Assembly (NCBI RefSeq): GCF_009914755.1
Contig: NC_060942.1
DNA length: 64,000 nucleotides
Source of the DNA: the human T2T-CHM13v2.0 reference genome, Homo sapiens
Reading direction: 5' to 3' (one strand)
Numbering within the stretch: the stretch's first letter is position 1; every line of letters begins with the position of its first letter. This document shows positions 51,771 through 64,000 of this stretch, in pieces. A program made the translations under genes and the position numbers. Below the pieces are notes generated by a model, which saw nothing but the letters and a program-made list of their open reading frames with translations, was not told the origin of the DNA and made no database searches.

Positions 51771-53529
51771 TACTTATCTCCTACTATCTTTGTACATACT
51801 CAACTACAAAATTTATATGTATATTCCAGACTTCTCTGTACCTGATTTTTAAGCAGGATTCTCAAAAAAAAAAAAACTACCAAACCATATCAATCATGTC
51901 CTGTCCATGTCCTTGTCTATTTTTTCCCAAGATGATTTATGAATTTGTAGGAACCAATTTTCTTCCTTTCCTTCTCCATTGTAAATCCAAAAAATCACAG
52001 ATATTTGTGTCAGACTCTATGCACCTGATCTTCATTCAGAATCTCTCTAATTTAATGTTGGAGTGAAAGTGCAGTGACTGGAGTTTAAGTTTCTGTTTCA
52101 AGGAGAATTATGGGATGATGAAAACAAAGTAAAAAGCAGGGGTCAAATTTTGTGTCAAGGAACACTTCAGTTTTAGACACATTGAGTTTAAGGTGAAAGT
52201 AAGACATTGATGCAGAAAAGGTAGAGATGTGACATGGTATCTTAGAAAGGAAAGTTAGAGGTAAGCCAAAGGTGAAAAGGTAAAGATTTTTCTTCTAACG
52301 TTGATAGTAAATAGTTTTATAACTAATAGATAACAATGATATCCAGAGCACAATATTTAACATCATATCAATGATCCTATGTACACAAAATTACAAAAAA
52401 GAAATACCCAAAGCTTTCCAGCTTTCTTCATAAATGAAAAAATTCAATAAAAATATAAATACTATGTGTCATTTTAGTAAAATCTCCAAATATTGTGAAA
52501 CGTATATAGGATATGAACGTGTTGTTTTCAACAGGGCCATTTTAAAACCTCGGTAATACAAATGAAACAGATTTAAATTGAGGAATTAAACTTACTGCAA
52601 AAAAAAATGTAGCATAGTGTTTTTCTCCCCCTTCAGGAGGAATAGTGATCAAAGTTATTGCTATATATTTACTTTTAAATTTTATTTAGTGATGACTCAC
52701 ATTTAACAGCGAAATTTCCCACGCTGTTTAAAATCTTAGAAGTTAAACCGTGATTATTGATTTGCAGATGAATCCTATACAAAAACGTATTGAATCGTTT
52801 ACTGATTGAGATGCTAAAAATTTTCCATTTGGCTTTATATTTGTGGGGTCTCCAGGTGTCTCTTGTCAGGGAAAGCACTGTTAATAATTGTAAACTGTGA
52901 TTATTAATTTTATTAACCCAAGGACAAATCAACCATTCTATCACAGATCAAAGCTCTTTTTTTTTTTTCTCCAAGTGGCAGGTGTGCTAGGGATCCTTTA
53001 TTTCTTATAAGCAAATGTAGCTTTGTATGTTCCTGCTCACCACAAATATTACAAAATAAACATATCCATTTAAGTTTCATGTAATACTAAATACATACAA
53101 AAGAATATGTCATATGTCTCCAAGCCGTGAAGCACAATATTATACGTTAAACCCATGATTTAACATAAGAATTCCAACATTACTGAAGCCATTGAAACAG
53201 TCTTTCTGCACACCTCCACCCACTACTTTGCCTGAATATTTTTGAAATGTTCAAATTATCTTTATATTTAAAATAAGAAAAACAGGAGTTTGTTTTTACT
53301 TGCTCCACTTGTCAGAAATGAAGTATCAAAAACAGATTTGAATGGATTGCTCTCCATGTTAGAGAAGTGAGGATATCCAAGTCTCTATCACCATTTAAAC
53401 TCTTCTAGGATCTAAGCTCTGATAATCTTCTGGGTATAATTTGATTGTTTTTGTAATATAGCTGCCTACAGTGACAAATGCCGTACTAGGTTTTTAAAAT
53501 CAATTATCTAATTTTACATTATTTAATAT

Positions 53530-53700
53530 TTATCATTAACCATATGATAGATAACAGATATTATCTTCATTTCATAGATTAGACTTTACGTGCTTAAGAA
53601 ATTCAAGTAACTTGGCCAAGGTTCAACAGTTGGTAAATAGTAGATCTGGGATTTGAATTCAATACTCATTTAGTTCAATCTTATGTTCTTTCTACTCTCA
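53530..53700 (-). mobile_element. MIR fragment
   Basis: 'aagtaacttggccaaggttcaacagttggtaaatagtagatctgggatttgaa'. Confidence 0.65.
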
Positions 53701-55212
53701 TGCACGCAGCTTTAGTGTGTATGTGATGGGCTGATATAATAGCTGAACATAAAGATGTAATCATAAATTTATTATTTATGGTTCCTTTTCAAGGGTTTAC
53801 ATTTTATATCAGCAATCTCAACTTAGATAATGATTTTTTATGTTAACATTTGAATTCATGGGATAAAGTGTAGTAAGTATCAATCCATTTCTGAATAAAT
53901 GAGCTAATTGGTTATTTCATATTTGGCACATTATCTTCAAATTAGCCTTTTCCAATATTAAATGTGACACTGCAAATTTTAGAACAATTAACATTTTTGG
54001 TGATAACAAATTATCCTTTGGAGTACAGATATGCCCATGTATTATGTTCAAATATATTTACATAAAAATGTAATCAAACCCAAGGAAATTTTAAAATATG
54101 ACTTAAGATAAAAATTAAGCTTAAGGCCTAGCTATGTTGATTGATAGAATGGCTGAAAAAGATAGAAAACTAGTAAGTCTGCATTTATTCATTTATTTTA
54201 TATTTTTTAAAACAATAATAATTACCATTTTTGAGTGCCTATATATATTGGGAACAGTTTTGTGGAATATAACACTCTTGATCTTATTTAATTGCCTTTA
54301 TCCTTTAAAGATTCCCATTAGGCAAGTATTTTATTATTATGATTTAATTACGAGAAAATTAACTTCCACAAAATCTCACAGCTTAAAAGGAGTATAACCA
54401 GAATTCAGTCCTAGGTCTCTGCGACTGGGAAAGCCATATTTACCTACAGAACAAGGTTCTTGAAATTTGATACAAGGGAAACCTAGATGGGGAGCCAGAA
54501 ACGGGGTCTCGGGCTTTACTGCTGCCACTGACTACACATGTGCCATCAGGCAGGCCCTCTGAGTCTACTTAAAAGGGTGGAAAGGTGATATAGTCACCAA
54601 GATCTGATCTTATTCAAACATAACTTCTCCACAAATCAGTAATTTGGCAATTGCATTTCCACCACCCATCTTTCTGTTGTAATGTTTATTCTTTTAAAAA
54701 ATATTAAGACATTAAAATGTGCTTATTGTAGTAAATGTACATAATAGAAACACACTCAATAAAGAAAATCAACATGCCCCTCAATATTATCACTCAGGAA
54801 TAATGACTACCAATTGCTCATGACTTATGAAAGGTAATATGCAGGAGGTACATAAGTAAGACGATGGTACTTTCCTCTAGATAATTTGTATCATGCTAAG
54901 TATTTTGTTTTGTATGTTCCTTGTAACATAAAACCCATGTCAATACTGCTTCAAAAATTGTTTTTAGTAATATCAAAATATTTAAGATGGGCAACAGAGA
55001 CCTTGAGGTGGGTGGGGGATACATGGAACTATATATGGAGCTTCGGACATACAGTCTAAGTGCTAAGCAAGCTGCTAAGTGGGGGAAATTTTGTACCTTC
55101 TTCGTGCAAGTTGTGGCAATTGCTATGCAATTTTTAAGTCAACAAGTTTTGAAAAACACCCATTTCACCAATGAAAAAATTATTTCTATTATATTCTGCA
55201 CATATTCATTGA

Positions 55213-55524
<312 letters not shown>

Positions 55525-55676
55525 ATCTGTGAAAATTTTAATAGAAGTATGTGATGACACTTACCAGCTATGTCTGAAGTGTATGCTTCTGACCAGTATC
55601 ATTCAAATATTAACTAACCATCCTTTAAAGATTAAAGGATAGCCACGAACATCATCATATTCATACCAGAGTTTTT

Positions 55677-56482
55677 TTGTTTAGTTGTATTTTTAAATAT
55701 TATTATTTTTTAAACTTTTAACTTCAGGAATACATGTGCAGGTTTGTTACATAGGTAAACTTGTGTCATGGGGTGGGTGTTGTACAGATTATTTCATCAC
55801 CCAGGTATTAAGCCTGGTACCCGTTATTTTTCCTGATCCTCTCCCTTCTGCCACCTTCCACCCTCTGAAAGGCCCCAGTGTGTGTTGTTTCCCACCATGT
55901 GTTCATGCGTTCTCATCATTTAGCTCACACTTACGAGAACACACGCCTTTTGATTTTTATGTTCCTGAGTTAGTTTGCTAAGGATAATGGCCTCCAGCTC
56001 CATCCATGTCCCTGCAAAGGGCACGATCTCATTCCTTTTTATGGCTGCATAGTATTCCATGGTGTCTATGTACCATGTTTTCTTAATCCAGTCTACTACT
56101 GTTGATGGGCATTTAGGTTGATTTCATGTCTTTGCTATTGTGAAGAGTGCTGCAATGAACATAGGCATGCATGTATCTTTATAACAGAATGATTTATATT
56201 CCTTTGGGTATATACCGAGTAATGGGATTGCTGGGTCAAATAGTATTTCTATCTTTAGGTTTTAGAGGAATTACACCACACATTATTCCACAAGGGCTAA
56301 ACTAATTTACACTCCCACCAACAGTGTATGTATTCCCTTTTCTCCACAATCTCGCCAGCATCTGTTAGTTTATGACTTTTTAATGATAGCCATTCTGATT
56401 GGTGTGAGATGATATCTCATTGTGGTTTTGATTTGCATTTCTCTGATGATCAGTGATGTTGAGCTTTTTTTCATGTGATTGC
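55677..56482 (-). mobile_element. 5'-truncated L1PA10/11-like element
   Basis: 3' UTR 'tacatgtgcaggtttgttacataggtaaac...tacagattatttcatcacccaggtattaagcct'; TSD cataccagagttttt / catactggagttttt. Confidence 0.85.
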
Positions 56483-56511
56483 CATACTGGAGTTTTTAAA
56501 AGTTCATTACT

Positions 56512-57395
<884 letters not shown>

Positions 57396-60300
57396 AAATT
57401 AAATATCAAACACAGTAGAACAAAAGGTGTCTGATATTAGGTTTTATCAGAAAGTTTATTCTCATCTACCATTATTTTCACAACAGAATAATGATGTAAA
57501 GTTTTATCACTAATAAACTGGAATTTTTGAGGGTAGGTACACCAGATCTCACATCAATGATCCTCAGACAGTTACACTTAGGAGGTGATGTGAGCCTTCC
57601 ATTAGTGGTGGCTTCCTAACCTAACAATCATACTTCTAAAACTAATCACAATGAAATAATAAGGAATGGGTGACTTTAGGGTTTGTGATACACATTGCAT
57701 AATGTCCTCTAATGCAATTTTGTCAATTTATGTTTCAACATAAAAGGATATAAAATCACCTACTTTACTACCTCCTCTACAATTGTGAAAATTAATTTAG
57801 CTTTTAATAACGTGAATTTGGTACCATAAAATTTATAGCAGCCATTTGTCAAAGGCCACTCCAATGCTATAATTAAATTCTTTTTTGCAGGCAACATTTA
57901 TTTCCATTCCTTAAGAATATTCCAAGGGAACATCTGTTTGTACTTCAAGTTGACTAATGTAGACTATCTAGTTTCCTTTATTCCTTTGGTTAAGCCATAA
58001 TATGGATATGTGATACAAGTGCATTTCTGGGGCCTTGATCACTATGCTGCAGTGTCCTTGCAGTAACTGTAGAGTTCTACTCCTTTCTTATTTCCACTAA
58101 AAGTGCTTTCTTTCCAGTAGGATTCTGTAAAGCAAAACAGCTTAGGCCAAATGCAAATGCAATATGTTCACATTTTTATGCACTTTAAAGCATCGGTCCA
58201 TTGAACCAAACTAATATGAACATTTGGATTTTTTCCTATTTTTCTTTCTCTTTGCATTAGTGTATCACAACAATACAAAGAAATTTAAGAAAAATTGAGT
58301 GAAAAAAACATGAAAGAAATATAAAACAAGAAGTCAGGTAAGAAGCATTCATTGAAAACATATCATCTTTAACACTATTGGTTTCTAGATTAGCAAGAGA
58401 AATAGTAAAGGAAAAAATAGCCTACAAGTTTAAAAAAAAGCTGTAGGAATAACATTTGATTAATGGAATAACTTTTTGAAAGATGGAAGAGAAGACAATA
58501 CTCTTTACCATGTTCCGGTCTCCTTCCACTCCCTTTTCCTCACCATAAAGAAGCACTTGTCTGATGAAGTCAGATTGTAGGACACCCATGGTGCCCAAGT
58601 TTATTAATCTCACCAAGGTAAAATCTTCAAATATCCCTCCTAACACATTTCAAGAACCTATGCAACCTGAAAGAAGGCAACTGCTGCACAGAAACCTTCA
58701 AGACAGTCCATTGTAACTCCTCTGAACCACACTGTACCCTAAGCCGCCTCATATAGAAATTCCTGGGCCACCAGCAGGGTTGGGATATGTGTTTAAAGCC
58801 CCTGCTCGTGGGTACATGTTTTATGGCATTATTTATTTGTTTGTTTATGTTTTTCATCAGTTGAAGTGGAAAGCCAATCCATAACCTGGTAAGCATTCTT
58901 CTCTTTCTCTCTCTCTCCCTCTCTCTCTTGCATTTCGTTCTCTTTTCTTCTTAACCATGATGTTCAGGTAGTCTTTTGTTGGTTGAAAGGTGACAAGATG
59001 TCAATTTGTGGATTTAGTAGGAGAGAGGGAGGGGCAGTTTGGGGCCTGTAGGCTAAGCCATGTGCTACAGCTCAGTTTCCTTGGAGGTACTTCACTGGGT
59101 TGGGGATGGAATGTCTCAGACACAGGATGGTACCATGCTTTCCATTTAGCATAATTCATATGTATTTCTCCCTAATGGACACTGCATGTGGAAGAATAAT
59201 TCTCATTTGTGCTAAGTTTTAGATAAGCCAATGTCCTTAGCTACAGATAGCTCTAACTCCTAAGACCATAACTGGACAAATCAATCTTGATATGGCTTAA
59301 ACAATGACTAATTCTACTGTCGGTAGTAAAACCAAGATAATCTGATGGGACAGACATTCCCTTATTACTTCATTCATGCTGTGATTCCACATCTCTCTAT
59401 TTATTGATCATGGATTTTCAGAAGGATGGCTAGAGGTTGCCTTTATAACATTTCTGTGTGCAACCAATGCCTGACCCACTTGCTTCCCCAGTGACCACCA
59501 TGGCTTCTATTGTCCTTCCCTGAAGACACTCTAGGTAGGGCGAGACAATGATGGCTAGGCAGCTGCTACATAAGAAAGTTCTGCCCCGATCTGTCATCAT
59601 TGCCACCACTGAAATAGATGCAGCATCAAGAATGGTCAAGGTGAGACTAAATGGGAAACCACTTTCAGAAGTCAAGAATATTTTCTCTCTCTCTAGATTT
59701 TTTTAGTCTCTCTAATATGTTAAATATGAAATATGCTATTCCCTGTGGCAATAAAAATATGAGCATAAGGCTTTTCTTTAAGGGGCTCACATCCTAACAG
59801 AAGAGACAGAATGCACAAAAATAAAACAGCAAGGAAAGTGAGACTGCAATATGGAACTGGGGATTCCAAACAGGAATCTGAATATTATGGTTGGATAAGG
59901 TCTGAAGTCGTGATGACATGTTGTTATTAGATGTAAGGTGAATGGAGCGGAAATAGAATCCCCTTTCCTTGAGGGGAATGTTCTCATACAATTCTGTGAA
60001 TTTCAGTTCTTTGCTCCTAATATATTTAAAATTACCTACTTGGAATAACCACTTTCTCTGCATCTGCTCTAGCAGCCATGGTCACTACAGTATCTTCATT
60101 TCGTGTACTTCAAGCTTGTTTCCTCCAAATCTCCAGCCCCACTCTCACTCTCTGCTCCCTCCTGTATTCATCCTAAATATACTTGCTTAAGCCTACAGTT
60201 TTAAACCATAACACTTCCCCAATTGATACAATAACAATCCAGCTAGAGCTGGTGGGGCTCCAAATCTCACTGGATGTGGAATGGAGCTTAGAGGTGGCTT

Positions 60301-61948
60301 GGGTAAGGCCTGGCCTCTGAGGGAATCTTGTTTTTACTTGAACAAAAGGAAGCAACTTGAATAGAGGAAGACTTGGAGAATAGAAAAACTGAGTAAGAGA
60401 CAGTCTCTGCACTTAAAGGAGCTGAAGTCCAATATGGTACCATGGCATATAGGGGAGGGTGCTGTTATATGGCTCGTTCATGAATTATACACACCCTAAC
60501 ACTGTAAACCACTCCAGGAGAAGGTATGAACCTGAAGAAGGAGGAGCCAGGATCTGAGATGGCACTTGGAGGAGAAATAGGATAAACTGGGAAGGGCAGC
60601 CACCACAGAAGATGGGGTGTGCTCATAGCTCTCTTTTTCATATCTCTAGTCCCTGGGATTTTTCAGATTCATGAAATGAAAGAATGGACAGGAAACGTAG
60701 CAATGAAAAAAACATAACTGTGTCCCTCTACTGCTATAGACTATGATTGTTAGATTAGTGTATATTTAAATCCTCACATTCACTTTTGCTTCAAAATAGA
60801 GGAATTGCAGTGGAATTAAAATTTCAGCTTTAGTACCACTTCTTATGTGTAAACTTTAACTTCACTATTATCCTTTAAGGTAGTGTTTTCAGATGAATGT
60901 TGAAAGTGTTTCTTGGGTCTTATAATCAGTGTAAAACATTTAGATTTGAGTTAAGGAGTACCTTTGCATATGACTTCTGCCCATGAGCATTTGAAGACCC
61001 TGTAAATCCTAAGATAGTTTACTGGTAATCCTCAACCTAATATATTCTTTTGCTTTATTTTAAATTACACACAGATTAGAAAGTACAGTACAAATTTTAT
61101 TGCTCAGTGGCCAAATCTGTAGGATTATTTTGGAGCAAAACATTTTACTCTTCAAGAAGTGGCTGTGGAAGGCTAGTTTATTGCATGACATCCTCTGGGG
61201 TTTGGTAGGTGCCTCCCTTCCTGCTTAAAATGTACCAGCATCACAGATACCTTTATTTTAGTTATTTACAAATATTGCCAGAAAACACTTCTGCTATGAA
61301 TTTGGTTTTGAAGTTTAAAATCCTTGATAATCAACATTTGTACTCCAGTTCAAAAAATCAGCAATAAGTAAACAGCAAGTCATTTTCATGTGAAATGAGA
61401 AAGAATTCGATGTCAGTCCTGTACTTCTCTAGAAACAGGAAGCTAAATCTCTCAGTACAATATTACCTTTTCTGGACACTTCAGCAGACCCTGAATCCTT
61501 GTTTAAAGGGGGCATAAATCCCCATTCTCTGTTTTATTAATATTGTTTAGGGATAATTTGGTAACAGGAAATTTAGCTTGACATGGCAACTTAGGTTTTC
61601 CAGGACACTTTCATCCCTATAGCTGCCTTTTCCCACCCACCCCAAACCGAATTGCCTGTGTGAAATATCAGGCTGTTTGCTAAGGGAGATGAATCTTTCT
61701 GTGTCTGAGAAGTACACATAGTTTTCTAACTCAGCATCTCTCTTTTTTCAGCACCTGTTTTTCTCTCTAGAGGAGCTTCATTTCTACTTCTGCACAGGGA
61801 GGATGAACAAACCTTTAATTAAATTACTTGAAATTTCAGTGATGATATTTTTAAAAATGATTATACATCTATTCTTTAAATATTTTCCCTTAACTGCTAG
61901 AATGAACTCTCTACATTTCAATGGTGGATAATATAATATAATAAAGCA

Positions 61949-61954
61949 TTTATT
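61949..61954 (-). terminator. Canonical AATAAA, candidate distal poly(A) signal of MC4R
   Basis: tttatt on the plus strand, ~370 nt after the stop codon. Confidence 0.45.
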
Positions 61955-62047
61955 AGAATATGTTTAATGAGGCTCTGATTTCTATGTTACGAAAGCACGC
62001 AAAGTGTCCAATGCTTATGAATAACACGAAGGAGACATTGTTAAGCT

Positions 62048-62053
62048 TTTAAT
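62048..62053 (-). terminator. ATTAAA, candidate proximal poly(A) signal of MC4R
   Basis: tttaat on the plus strand ~270 nt after the stop, followed on the sense strand by GU/U-rich sequence (ttcgtgttatt); fits my recollection of a ~1.7 kb mRNA. Confidence 0.6.
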
Positions 62054-62322
62054 AAGGACTTTTCTTTTTGTAAATCCACAGTGCCTACAACCTATAACAT
62101 AGATTCATATTTTATGGCCAAAAAAGTAGCATGACATTGGAAATAATACAGAGACTGGGCATTTTTTCTCATTAAAAATCATAGGCTTAAATTTACACAA
62201 TGGATATTCTCAACCAGTACCCTACACGGAAGAGAAAGCTGTTGCAGAAGTACAATATTCAGGTAGGGTAAGAGTGAAAAAGTCTCTTATGCATGTTCCT
62301 ATATTGCGTGCTCTGTCCCCAT

Positions 62323-63747
<1,425 letters not shown>

Positions 63748-64000
63748 AGGGGCTGTAGGCGCCAGCTGCTGATTTTTATGATGTGTGGAGAGAAAAAAAA
63801 CATGTTCACGGTGGCTCCTCCTCTGCTTCCTTCTGACCAATCCCAATGCAATGGGAGTCTGTGAGACAGGATTATGTTTCAGAGACACAAATTGCAGGGT
63901 GACACAGATTCAGATGCAGAAGCTCCTGAAGTCTGAAGTCGAGAAGCAAGCCGGATAAGAGACTGAATTTCCCTTTTTAAGTTTTCAAGGGAAACAACTT
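63748..64000 (-). promoter_or_regulatory. MC4R proximal promoter
   Basis: E-box CAGCTG 63763-63768, sense CATAAAAA 63773-63780, inverted CCAAT 63837-63841; no CpG island. Confidence 0.6.

Overview
This window is human genomic DNA from the MC4R locus (18q21.32). The only gene I can support is the intronless melanocortin-4 receptor MC4R on the minus strand (CDS 62323-63321, common V103/I251 alleles), with its 3' UTR, poly(A) signals, ATG-rich 5' leader and proximal promoter at the right edge. The other ~62 kb is AT-rich, non-coding sequence downstream of the gene. It is packed with interspersed repeats: a near-full-length L1PB1, older L1s, L2/MIR, Alus including a human-specific AluYa5, MaLR/MLT2/MER34-type LTRs, and Tigger1/2a/3b/4 DNA transposons. 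Almost all other ORFs in the track are transposon remnants or chance ORFs. I found no credible new biological system. The best second-look items are: a ~500 bp spaced direct duplication of apparently unique sequence; one palindromic TTTT|AAAA endonuclease site used on opposite strands by an old L1 and a young AluYa5; two twin-primed L1 inversions; a Tigger1 inserted into an LTR TATA-like box; ten upstream ATGs and a CATAAAA box at MC4R. Repeat subfamily names come from remembered consensus motifs, not a database search, and boundaries of old repeats are approximate.
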